Source: an uncultured Nitrososphaerota archaeon (GTDB lineage Archaea; Thermoproteota; Methanomethylicia; Methanomethylicales; Methanomethylicaceae). From it: a stretch of 48,162 nucleotides of DNA. The position numbers and the translations under genes are program-made. The notes under the pieces are model-generated. The model did no database searches, was not told the origin of the DNA, and saw only the letters and a program-made list of their open reading frames with translations. How positions within the stretch are numbered: the stretch's first letter is position 1; each line of letters starts with the position of its first letter. The stretch is from contig CAYZHK010000003.1 of assembly GCA_964477685.1 (NCBI GenBank), positions 1-48,162 on the forward strand, in the 5' to 3' direction. Positions 1 to 8,465 of this stretch are shown here, piece by piece.

Positions 1-2
1 AT

Positions 3-341
3 GTGGTCATCAATCTGCCAGAGGCTTTGCCCGAGTTCGCGTCGGCCACGGAGGTAAAGGTCCATGAGATTTCGGGCGATGGCCCGGAGCTGATAATGCA
101 CCCATCCCGGGGCGGGGAGGCCATCTCCTATTCCATCAGGCTCTATGCCGGCGGTGACTCGTTCTTCATCCCACCTGGTCTAGCCTACGATCTAAAGCAC
201 ACCAATAGGCTGACGCTGGTGGAAGTGGGTAAGAGGGCAACAAAGAAGGACCCGGGGAAGGCCATGATCTACCGCCTCTCCCCCATGGATATCTCGTCCA
301 TAGACAATGGCGGGAGCAGGATATACTCTCATCCAGCCTGA
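3..341 (+). CDS. Hypothetical protein, probably 5'-truncated by the window edge
   Basis: Open frame from the window edge to TGA at 339-341 with plausible codon usage; no motif recognised. Confidence 0.55.
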   Translation: MVINLPEALPEFASATEVKVHEISGDGPELIMHPSRGGEAISYSIRLYAGGDSFFIPPGLAYDLKHTNRLTLVEVGKRATKKDPGKAMIYRLSPMDISSIDNGGSRIYSHPA

Positions 342-404
342 TCGGCCCATCTGTTCGGAAGGGAGAAACGTGTCCGCTCGTCGACTCGGGGGGAGAGGTT
401 GAGG

Positions 405-929
405 CTAGAGCTTCATTATGATGCTATAGTCGAAGACATGCTTGAATTCTGGCTTCTTGGAGACCACCTCAAGCGAGGAGGACTCTAGGTAGCCTCTAAG
501 GAAGAGAGACCATTTGCTCCCCAGGCTATGGCTGATCCTGATTGTGATGCCGCCATCATCCTCTTCGGTGTAGAACGACCCCCAGTTTGAAAAGCCTTCC
601 AGGAAGATGGACAGGAACTGGAGGTAGGTCTGGGTCGTCAGGTCGCCGAAGAGTTGCAGCACGATCTCTTTGGCAGTTGTTTTTCCCATCATGTAGGACA
701 GCTTTGTGATCGCCTTGTCGTCAACCGAATTTAAGAGATCCAGGAGATCTTTCTTGGGGAAACTGAGAATTTGGAACTGCTCAAGTTTCGTCCCGACGTT
801 TACGTATTTCCTTAGGATACGGCAGGTCAGGCCGTTGATAGTGGCCTCCTGCTTCTTTGCCTCCACCTCCAGGCCCTTCATCACGTCTGCGTTGATCCTG
901 AAGGTCCTCGGCAAACTTGATTCGGACAT
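405..929 (-). CDS. Putative transcription regulator: N-terminal ribbon-helix-helix plus V4R/H-NOX-like C-terminal domain
   Basis: N-terminus RTFRINADVMKGLEVEAKKQEATINGL fits the RHH strand-helix-helix pattern. The HSLGSKWSLFL motif resembles a TACK-archaeal family. Starts 11 bp after the hydrogenase small-subunit gene. Confidence 0.6.
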   Translation of the reverse strand: MSESSLPRTFRINADVMKGLEVEAKKQEATINGLTCRILRKYVNVGTKLEQFQILSFPKKDLLDLLNSVDDKAITKLSYMMGKTTAKEIVLQLFGDLTTQTYLQFLSIFLEGFSNWGSFYTEEDDGGITIRISHSLGSKWSLFLRGYLESSSLEVVSKKPEFKHVFDYSIIMKL

Positions 930-940
930 CCTTTACCACA

Positions 941-1408
941 TCATTTTGTTATGGTTTTTGTCGGCCTGTTGGATCCCTTCTCCGCCAGCTTCAGTATGCC
1001 CTGCACGATGCCGTTGATGATCTGCTCGGGCTTTGGCGCGCATCCGGGGACATAGACATCAACGGGGATCAGTAGGTCGGCGGAGCCGAGTATTGCATAG
1101 TTATCTGGGTCCTCCTCATAGAAGAGGCTTCCCCCGCAGGCGCACCCGCCGACGGCGACCACAACCTTCGGGTCCGGAACCTGCTCATAGACCCTCTTGA
1201 CCATGGGTATGAACTGCCTTGGGATGCAACCTGTCGTCACCAGAATATCGGCGTGCCTCGGGGAGGGCACGAGCAGGATGCCGAAGCGCTCGACATCAAA
1301 CCTAGGGGCCAGGGCAGCCAGCGTCTCGATGTCGCAGCCGTTGCAGCCGCCGCAGTGGAGGTGGTAGAGCCATGGCGAGTAGACCCTTGCCCTATCGATC
1401 AAGCCCAT
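941..1408 (-). CDS. Group 4 [NiFe]-hydrogenase small subunit (HycG/NuoB family)
   Basis: CGGCNGCDIE, SPRHADIL, VGGCACGG and VDVYVPGCAPKP motifs. Confidence 0.93.
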   Translation of the reverse strand: MGLIDRARVYSPWLYHLHCGGCNGCDIETLAALAPRFDVERFGILLVPSPRHADILVTTGCIPRQFIPMVKRVYEQVPDPKVVVAVGGCACGGSLFYEEDPDNYAILGSADLLIPVDVYVPGCAPKPEQIINGIVQGILKLAEKGSNRPTKTITK

Positions 1409-1996
1409 TCAGGTGGCCTCCAACCAGACGTGCTTCTTGGTGTGGGTGTCCAGCATAACGCCACGGGCCCTCCTGCAGTCGGGGCAGTACCCCTCCACCT
1501 TTTTATAGTCCGCAATAACAGTCTCCTTGACCCTCGGATTAATCTTTTCGCTCAGCCTTTCCAATACCCTCTTCTGCATCTTCTCGGGGAGATAAGAGGT
1601 CCCGCAGGACTTGCAGATGAGCATCTTTAGATCTGTGTTGGCATAGACCTTTGGGTCATTCCGGTCCGAGACTGCCAGCTCGAATCTGTTGGTCATCTTG
1701 ATGGCCTCCTCAGGGCAGCACTCCTGGCAGTGGGCACAGAACGTGCACCTGAAATGGAAGACCTGCACAGTCCTCTTCTCAGGGGTGTCAATGATCTTCG
1801 TGGCTCTCCCGGAGCAGACCATGTAGCATGCCCTGCAGCCGATGCATTTCTCTTCGTCCCTCTCAATGAAACCCCTGAGGCCCTCGGGTATCTGGCTGTA
1901 CTTCTTATTGGGGTCAACGCCCGAAGGGTATTTCAGCGTCATCGGGGTGCTGTATTTCGCCAGGACCTGTCTCAGTATCCTTATGTGGGTGGACAT
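1409..1996 (-). CDS. Hydrogenase iron-sulfur subunit (HycF/NuoI family)
   Basis: Two ferredoxin motifs (CIGCRACYMVC, CTFCAHCQECCP) plus the C-terminal CKSC...CPDC pair typical of HycF. Confidence 0.9.
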   Translation of the reverse strand: MSTHIRILRQVLAKYSTPMTLKYPSGVDPNKKYSQIPEGLRGFIERDEEKCIGCRACYMVCSGRATKIIDTPEKRTVQVFHFRCTFCAHCQECCPEEAIKMTNRFELAVSDRNDPKVYANTDLKMLICKSCGTSYLPEKMQKRVLERLSEKINPRVKETVIADYKKVEGYCPDCRRARGVMLDTHTKKHVWLEAT

Positions 1997-1997
1997 A

Positions 1998-2972
1998 TCA
2001 TGACACCATCCTCAGTACTATCGCAACAACAAAGCTCAGGATAGCCAGGGGGATGACGATTTTTATGTACCACCTGAGTGCCTTGTCGATCCTATACCTG
2101 GGGTTCAGCACCTGCACAACGGTCAGCAGGAATATGATAACTATCGCCGCTAAAAGATAGACCGGTACCATCAGCCATGAGGAGGAGATGGGGGGGAGGA
2201 AGACCGCGATGAAGAGGCTCACCACGCTGTAGAGCATGAAGACCTTCGCCAAGAAGTACACGCCCAGAAGCCTCCCGGAATATTCGGTGTACGGGCCGGC
2301 CACGATCTCGCACTCTGCCTCGGGCATGTCAAAGGGCTTTATGTGTAGCTTTCCCAGCATCGCTGCGAACATTGTCGTGCCACCAACAAGGGCAAGCAGG
2401 ATGGTGGGCAGACCCGGCATGGTGCTTGCCAGAGTGAAGAGGACCAGTGAGTTCTCTGCGAACGCGACTGCGAATAGGCTTATCACAAAACCGAGCTCGG
2501 CCACGAGAAAAAGCTCAGCCTCCCTCCTGGAGCCTATGGCCGCCCAAGGCGAACCGCTGGCAACCGGGCCAAGGATTGTGAAGACTATCGACGCGATCAG
2601 GAGGTATGACGCAATGATGAGGCTGAAGGGCACCTCGGAGAGAAGAGGCATTCCGGGGAATGGGATGAAGAAGACGGAAACCACAGCGAAGAAGAGGGAC
2701 AGATAGGGGGAGTAGACGAAGAGGCTCTTGCGGGAATTGGCGGGAACCACAACATCTTTCCCGAAAAGTTTCAGTATGTCGTAGAGGGGCTGCCAGATCC
2801 TCGTGCCACCGATGACCGGCGCAAGGTCACGGTACATTGTGACAACCGGACCCACTCTCCACTGGAACTTCGCACTGAGCTTCCTTATGAGGAAGGAATA
2901 GATTACTCCTAAGAAGAGGCTGATGGGCACGATTAGCACAACCGATATCAGGGTAAAGAGCAGATCTGCCAT
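1998..2972 (-). CDS. Hydrogenase membrane subunit (HycD/NuoH family)
   Basis: RKLSAKFQWRVGP, WQPLYDILKLFGK, PFDMPEAECEIVAGPYTEYSG, NPRYRID. Start placed at the ATG (2972) that overlaps the upstream TAA rather than at 3020. Confidence 0.92.
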   Translation of the reverse strand: MADLLFTLISVVLIVPISLFLGVIYSFLIRKLSAKFQWRVGPVVTMYRDLAPVIGGTRIWQPLYDILKLFGKDVVVPANSRKSLFVYSPYLSLFFAVVSVFFIPFPGMPLLSEVPFSLIIASYLLIASIVFTILGPVASGSPWAAIGSRREAELFLVAELGFVISLFAVAFAENSLVLFTLASTMPGLPTILLALVGGTTMFAAMLGKLHIKPFDMPEAECEIVAGPYTEYSGRLLGVYFLAKVFMLYSVVSLFIAVFLPPISSSWLMVPVYLLAAIVIIFLLTVVQVLNPRYRIDKALRWYIKIVIPLAILSFVVAIVLRMVS

Positions 2973-4681
2973 TATCCGATCACCTTCTTTCTCCTGCCAA
3001 GAGCCACCAGCTCGTCCCACATCATGGTGCGGACCGAACCCTTTCTCTCATCAATAATCTCATACCTGTCGGTGCAGGCGAGGCACTGGTCAATGCTGCC
3101 CATCACCACCGGGACGTCTGCAAGGTTCGCCCCCATGAGCATCCGCGGCACCACGGCGTTGTTCCTGTAGCTAGGGGTCCTTATGCGGTAGGCATGGGGC
3201 AGGTTCTGGTTGTACTCGCTAGCCCTCACGTAATGGAGGAGTTCGCCCCTGGGGGCCTCGTTGATGCCTGCTCCTTCGGCATTGACCGGGATGGTTTTTG
3301 GCTCTATGCGGATCTCGCCCGTCGTCTTTGCGAGGTGCTCCAAACACTGTTCGATGATGTCGGACGAGACAAGCAGCTCCTTCACCCGGACCAGCGTGCG
3401 GCCATAGGTGTCACAGTGGTCGTCGGTTATCACCTCCCAGCTTATCGCCTTGGGATCATAGATCGCGTGGGGAGGGTTGTCTGCTCTCACGTCTATCTTC
3501 CAGTTGCTCGCGCGGGCCACTGGGCCCACGACGCCGCCATCAAAGGACTCGGCGTAGGAGAGGGGACCGACCCCCAGAAGCCTGTGCTTGACGACAGAGT
3601 GGGCAGCCACCTGGAGAAGGAGCTCGGCCATGCCTTCCTTGAGGCCCTTTATCATGGGGATTGATTTCTCTGCCAGCTCCTTTGAGACGTCCCTGCTGAC
3701 ACCGCCCAGCCTCCATATGCCATAGTTGACCCTGTTCCCTGTAATGGACTCAATCAAGTCCATCACGCGCTCTCTGAGCCCCCAAGTGAGGTGGAAGCAT
3801 GTTTTCCATCCGATTACGTCGGCCACTACCCCGACCCAGAGGAGGTGGCTGTGGACCCTGTTGAGCTCATTGAGGAGAGTTCTGATGTAGAGGGCCCTGT
3901 CGGGCACCTCGGCATCGTACAGATTCTCGCATGCCGTGACGTATGCCACGCCGTGGGCGGCGCTGCAGATGCCGCAGACCCTCTCGGCCGCGAAGACCCC
4001 CTTGTTGTAGCCCCTTCTCTCGATGAGCTTCATTATCCCCCTGTGGTGGAAGCCGGTCTTGATGTCGGCCGAGGTGACGGTTTCGCCCTCCACCTTGACG
4101 TAGACGGTCTGGCCCTCGATGACTCCAGGGTGGTAGGGGCCAATGGGGATGAGGGTGGCATATGATTCCTGGGGGGTTATGCCGAGCGGGATCCACATCT
4201 CCTTGGCACCTGGCTCGGTCTTCTCGGGCCGTGGGGGCGCTGTCCCGCTCTCTGCGGCGTTGGGCCACTCATAGGGAAGGAACTGCATCCTCGGGTCTGG
4301 CGTATGGACCGCATTTATGCCAAGGAGGTCGTGCATCTCCCTTTCGGCCCAGCTTGCGGACCAGGTTATGTTGGCTATGGAGGGGATGCTGGGGTCGTCC
4401 TTGGAGACCCGGGCCTCCAGCATCACCACAAGTCGTTCCTTGAGGCGGGTGAAGTCGTACAGATAAATGATGTCGAAACCCTCTCCCTCCAGGTCGACCG
4501 CGGTCTCATGGATCAGCCGCGCCTTGAATTCGTTTATGAACCTGTCGGCCAGCTTCTCGGCATCCAGCAAATTTATCCTGACGGCAATCCTGTTCTCTTG
4601 GAGCCCCTTGTACTCAATTCCTTCGGGGACAAGCTCCTTCCTGACATAATCTACCAGGCCGGCGTCACCAGTGTATTTCAT
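2972..4681 (-). CDS. Group 4 [NiFe]-hydrogenase large subunit, fused NuoC+NuoD type (HycE family)
   Basis: NuoC-like WAEREMHDLLG; GPYHP; HRGIMK; L1 ERVCGICSAAH; EAPRGE; RIRTPS; L2 DQCLACTDR followed by a ~30-aa C-terminal extension. All four Ni-ligand Cys are present. Confidence 0.93.
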   Translation of the reverse strand: MKYTGDAGLVDYVRKELVPEGIEYKGLQENRIAVRINLLDAEKLADRFINEFKARLIHETAVDLEGEGFDIIYLYDFTRLKERLVVMLEARVSKDDPSIPSIANITWSASWAEREMHDLLGINAVHTPDPRMQFLPYEWPNAAESGTAPPRPEKTEPGAKEMWIPLGITPQESYATLIPIGPYHPGVIEGQTVYVKVEGETVTSADIKTGFHHRGIMKLIERRGYNKGVFAAERVCGICSAAHGVAYVTACENLYDAEVPDRALYIRTLLNELNRVHSHLLWVGVVADVIGWKTCFHLTWGLRERVMDLIESITGNRVNYGIWRLGGVSRDVSKELAEKSIPMIKGLKEGMAELLLQVAAHSVVKHRLLGVGPLSYAESFDGGVVGPVARASNWKIDVRADNPPHAIYDPKAISWEVITDDHCDTYGRTLVRVKELLVSSDIIEQCLEHLAKTTGEIRIEPKTIPVNAEGAGINEAPRGELLHYVRASEYNQNLPHAYRIRTPSYRNNAVVPRMLMGANLADVPVVMGSIDQCLACTDRYEIIDERKGSVRTMMWDELVALGRRKKVIG

Positions 4682-4682
4682 T

Positions 4683-5606
4683 TCACTTCCCCTCCCTCAG
4701 CCTCATGATTTTTTCAATGAACGCGTCCACTGGTATTGGCCTGCAGGTCCTCATGCCGAAGTCCTCTGGCTTGTAGCCAAACGCCAGCGCCAAGAGCTCC
4801 GAGAAGTGAATCACCGGCGTTGGGAACGCAATGCCCTTCTCGTCCCTGTAGATCTTTATGGCCCTCTCGAACTGATCGTAGCAGCCCGAGCAGATCAGGG
4901 CATATCCATCAACATTCAAATCCTTGGCGATCTCCATCTTCTTCCCGATCCGCTCGAATATGGAGGAATTGGCGTCCGCGAAGTAGAGGAGGAGCCCGCA
5001 GCAGGTCTTGTCGTAGGGGGTGTCGACAAGCTCCACGCCTGTGGCCTTCAGTATCTCCTCAAAGTAGTTCAGGAGGGTGTCGTCCCCCCGCCGCCTGATG
5101 TGGCAGCCCACATGCCTCATGATCCTAATGCCCTTTAGGGGGTAAATGACGTTGGCCTTGATCTTCTTTATTCCCACATCCTCGTAGAGGACCTCCACAT
5201 AGTGCTTCAGCTGGGCGGTCCCTCTGAGGGGATCCATTCCAACCTTCTTGAGGTGGGCATTGACCATATCCACTTTCTGGGGGTCTTCATGCAGCTCATT
5301 TAGGGCCTCCCAGTGCGAGACATAGCAGCCGTTGCAGGTGTCGACCATGACGATCCCCTGCTTCTCGGCGTTTGCCAAGTTCTGGCTGGTGATGCTGAGC
5401 CACCAATCCGTTTTCATTGCCTTCCACGGCCCAGGCCTCACGCAGCAGAGGGTCTCCTTCATGTAGCCAAAGTCAAGACCCAGATGCTTCGAGACGAGCA
5501 TTGTGGCCTTCTCTGCCCATGGCATCTTAACGGGCATCACACACCCCAAGAAATAACCGTACCTTGTGCGCGAATCTGGCTTGTTTTTACCTTCAATAGT
5601 GGTCAT
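4683..5606 (-). CDS. hdrB: Heterodisulfide reductase subunit B-like protein (two CCG domains)
   Basis: YFLGC...CCV...CNGC and HVGCH...CCG...CSGCYDQF, plus PVIHFSELLALAFG. Confidence 0.88.
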   Translation of the reverse strand: MTTIEGKNKPDSRTRYGYFLGCVMPVKMPWAEKATMLVSKHLGLDFGYMKETLCCVRPGPWKAMKTDWWLSITSQNLANAEKQGIVMVDTCNGCYVSHWEALNELHEDPQKVDMVNAHLKKVGMDPLRGTAQLKHYVEVLYEDVGIKKIKANVIYPLKGIRIMRHVGCHIRRRGDDTLLNYFEEILKATGVELVDTPYDKTCCGLLLYFADANSSIFERIGKKMEIAKDLNVDGYALICSGCYDQFERAIKIYRDEKGIAFPTPVIHFSELLALAFGYKPEDFGMRTCRPIPVDAFIEKIMRLREGK

Positions 5607-5621
5607 CGATCATTCCCTCCA

Positions 5622-5975
5622 TCAGTATTGGAATGTCCCTTTCTTCTTGTCGAAGGACATCTTCTCGAAGACCCCCGCGTCCTCCAGGATCTCCCGCTTC
5701 TTCTCGACTGCACCCTTGTAGGATCGCCCGGTGGGAGGCAGCCGTTCCAGCCCGCAGAGGGCGCGGTCGTTCTCCGCTTCGTCGCCCACATAATAGACGA
5801 GACCCTGCTCGAAATCCCGCTTGAGAGACGCCTTGGCTATGTCTGGAGCAACGGGCTTGAATGTGCGGCGCAGCGGGTAAAATTTATTCTCCTCAGCCTG
5901 GGTGTGGGTCGTTACTTTCTTTCCGGCCTCAAGGAGCCTTGACCATGCCTTGGGGGGTTCGTCCTTGGACATCAT
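5622..5975 (-). CDS. Small protein resembling the C-terminal part of HdrC, without the ferredoxin domain
   Basis: GLVYYVGDEAENDRALCGLERLPPTGRSYKGAVEKKREILEDAG matches, from memory, the methanogen HdrC tail pattern G..V...DE....R..LGL...PPT..KY..A.EE. Only one Cys. Lies directly upstream of hdrB. Confidence 0.6.
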   Translation of the reverse strand: MMSKDEPPKAWSRLLEAGKKVTTHTQAEENKFYPLRRTFKPVAPDIAKASLKRDFEQGLVYYVGDEAENDRALCGLERLPPTGRSYKGAVEKKREILEDAGVFEKMSFDKKKGTFQY

Positions 5976-6502
5976 TTCACGCCTCTCAATTTCTTTACAA
6001 GCTCAAATGCTTCCTTCCTTGGCAGAAGCTGCAGTGCCCCGCTGGAGCACATTTCGTAGCACATCGGATGATCTCCGTCGCAAAAGTCGCACTTCACGTA
6101 GATTTTCCTTTCAGCGTCCAGCCGCGGAACCCCTATGGGACAGGCCTGGTTGCATGTCCCGCAGCCGACGCAGAGAAGCGGGGATATACGCACAATCCCC
6201 AGCTCATCCTTGTAAATGGCGTCCTTGGGACATGAGGCGAGGCACATGGGATAAACACAATGCTGGCAGTTCGCGTTGATGTAGAGGCCCTTCTGGTCTG
6301 GCGCTTCGTTGACGTACAGGAGACCGAACTGCTTGTCGAAGGTCTTGTAGTGCTTGTAGGCGCAGCCGATCATGCACTGGCCGCAGCCGGTGCACTTGCT
6401 GGGGTCATGGACGATGACCATTTCGGTCACCTTTTCTTCGGTGCCTGGCACTGGCAAGGGCTTTACCAGGCGTTTTTGGAGCCTCTCCACTGTTGTCATC
6501 AT
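5972..6502 (-). CDS. 4x[4Fe-4S] electron-transfer subunit (HycB/CooF/DmsB family)
   Basis: Four Cys groups: CTGCGQCMIGC, CQHCVYPMCLASC, CVGCGTCNQAC, CDFCDGDHPMCYEMC. Confidence 0.88.
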   Translation of the reverse strand: MMTTVERLQKRLVKPLPVPGTEEKVTEMVIVHDPSKCTGCGQCMIGCAYKHYKTFDKQFGLLYVNEAPDQKGLYINANCQHCVYPMCLASCPKDAIYKDELGIVRISPLLCVGCGTCNQACPIGVPRLDAERKIYVKCDFCDGDHPMCYEMCSSGALQLLPRKEAFELVKKLRGVK

Positions 6503-8052
6503 AGACCACCTGTAAGGTACGGATACACGATCGTTACTGCAGCCCTCTGGAACCAGTCCTCTATCTGAAGGTACAGATCATGGAAGATGATGTTGTTTGC
6601 GCCCAGGGTGATTACCAAGCCGAGGGTGATTATGCAGATGGCGATGACGATGCCCGGCATCCGGAGGAGGGGCAGGCTCCGGTGGTGCACGTCAATGTCC
6701 GTGACACTGACCTTGGGCCTATTCGAAACAAAGCACCAGAGTGAGAAGAGGGTGGTGAAGCCTATGAAGGCGGCTGCGCAGAAGACGAAGGCCGTGATCC
6801 ACAGAGGCATGTTGGACGACGTGAACTCCTGGAGGGTCGTGTAACCCAGGGTCCCCGGTATGAGCGAGAGGGACAGGCCCCCTATCAGGTAGGTTAGGCC
6901 GTTGGGCCCGATTCTGCTTCCTAGCCCCCTCAGAAACGACAGGTTTGCGACGTGGCTCGACTCGATGACAAAGCCAGAGTCGAAGAAGAGGAGGGCTTTG
7001 GCCAGCCCGTGGTTCAGGAAGTGAAGGAGTATGCCCATGAAAAAGATGTACCAGAGGGTCGGCTCCAGTATGGCGAGGCCGATAAGTATGTAGAAGACAC
7101 CAACCTCGGATGAGGTTGAGAATGCCCAGATCCTCTTGATGCCCCTGATGTTGATCTGGCCCACATGGAACCTCGACCATCTACTGCCGGCTGTCGCTTC
7201 GACTGCCGCCAGCGCGGCTCCCACGACGACGGAGGCCACGCCCATGCCGAGCACGACCCAGGCAAGGGTGTCGCTGATGGGGGCGATGGCGCCGATCACC
7301 CTTGCAACGGCAAAGGCAGCGATCTGCACCATCACCCCGCTCAGTATCGCGCTGAGAGGAGTAGGAGCTTCGCTGTGGGCCGCCGGCAGCCAGAGAAGGC
7401 CAAACGGGAAGATGCCCACCTTTATGCTGAAGCCGATGGCATAGACCGCGGCGAGGAGGACCATGTCGGACGAAGCGACTGTGTAGTAGGAGTAGTGGAG
7501 TATGTAGGATCCGGTCAGCCAGTTCTGGTAAAGTATGCCCGCGAGGATGATCACCGCGCCAATGACAGACATTATGAAGAACCTTACGGCAGCCTTCGTG
7601 GCGCTCTGCCGCCGGGTGAAGAGGATCAGTATGCCGCCCGCGATGGTGCTAGCCTCGAAACCGATGTAGATGATCAGCATGTTGAAGGACGTGGCCATGA
7701 CAATCAGGGACGAGAGGAAAAGGGCGTAGAGCGCATAGAAGGCACCGAGGTGAGATTTGTCCTCGAAATACTGGTAGCTGTAGATTGCCCCAAGGAAGCC
7801 CAGGACTAGGGTCAGCTCGACAACAAAGGCGGACGACGAGTTGATCAGAATGCCAGACGTGTTGGGGTAGTAGAGGGCACCCTCCCCTACATTGGCCAGG
7901 ATCCAAGTGTTTACCGCAATGGCAATGGCGAAGAAGGCCGAAAGAGTGGCAAGCATGCCCTTTCCTCTGTTTGAGACGACGGGAGCTAGGATGCCACCCA
8001 GAACCATCGCGATGGGTGTCATTATGGCAAGTACAGAATTGTCGAGCATCAT
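6499..8052 (-). CDS. Antiporter-like membrane subunit (HycC/MrpD/NuoLMN family)
   Basis: About 14 hydrophobic segments; IGFEAS, IKVGIFP..WLPAAHSEAPTPLSAILSG, IKRIWAFS, NHGLAKALLF. Confidence 0.88.
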   Translation of the reverse strand: MMLDNSVLAIMTPIAMVLGGILAPVVSNRGKGMLATLSAFFAIAIAVNTWILANVGEGALYYPNTSGILINSSSAFVVELTLVLGFLGAIYSYQYFEDKSHLGAFYALYALFLSSLIVMATSFNMLIIYIGFEASTIAGGILILFTRRQSATKAAVRFFIMSVIGAVIILAGILYQNWLTGSYILHYSYYTVASSDMVLLAAVYAIGFSIKVGIFPFGLLWLPAAHSEAPTPLSAILSGVMVQIAAFAVARVIGAIAPISDTLAWVVLGMGVASVVVGAALAAVEATAGSRWSRFHVGQINIRGIKRIWAFSTSSEVGVFYILIGLAILEPTLWYIFFMGILLHFLNHGLAKALLFFDSGFVIESSHVANLSFLRGLGSRIGPNGLTYLIGGLSLSLIPGTLGYTTLQEFTSSNMPLWITAFVFCAAAFIGFTTLFSLWCFVSNRPKVSVTDIDVHHRSLPLLRMPGIVIAICIITLGLVITLGANNIIFHDLYLQIEDWFQRAAVTIVYPYLTGGL

Positions 8053-8426
8053 TCTTCCACCTTCACAGCCTTTTTGTCGTAATAGTGATCCCAGCTGTAG
8101 TCGTAGGCCACGTCCAGGAGCGGAACATTGGGTCGGTAGACCTGGTCATCGGACATGTAGGGCTCTTTGGCCAGCCCGGAGTAAAAAACCGACTCGGCCT
8201 TGACCTTGTCGGGGAAGAATGCCGGGATTAAGCTCAGGATGAGTATGAAGAACATCGATACGGACGTCACTTCCACAAATGCGAAAATGAGAATAAAGTT
8301 GAAGTAGATGCTGGCCACCATCACTCCAACCAAGCCAACGATCATGGACGTGAAGGCGATGAGGAGGGCCAACCTCTCGGATGTTATTTTTTGTCTGGGG
8401 GCATTTTGGCTGCTCAATGAAAACAA
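8049..8426 (-). CDS. Small 2-TM membrane protein, first gene of the hydrogenase operon
   Basis: Two hydrophobic helices with an intramembrane Glu; stop overlaps the next ATG (ATGA). Start uncertain (TTG at 8426 or 8417). Confidence 0.7.
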   Translation of the reverse strand: MFSLSSQNAPRQKITSERLALLIAFTSMIVGLVGVMVASIYFNFILIFAFVEVTSVSMFFILILSLIPAFFPDKVKAESVFYSGLAKEPYMSDDQVYRPNVPLLDVAYDYSWDHYYDKKAVKVEE

Positions 8427-8465
8427 CCTGCAACATGCGCGATCTTGATAACACTCGGCGCATAG

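Noticed and set aside
2972-4681. Large subunit as a non-hydrogenase (Mbs/Mbx, Ehr, Fpo/Nuo) type
   Set aside because: Both CxxC nickel-binding motifs (CGIC, CLAC) and a cleavable-looking C-terminal extension are present.
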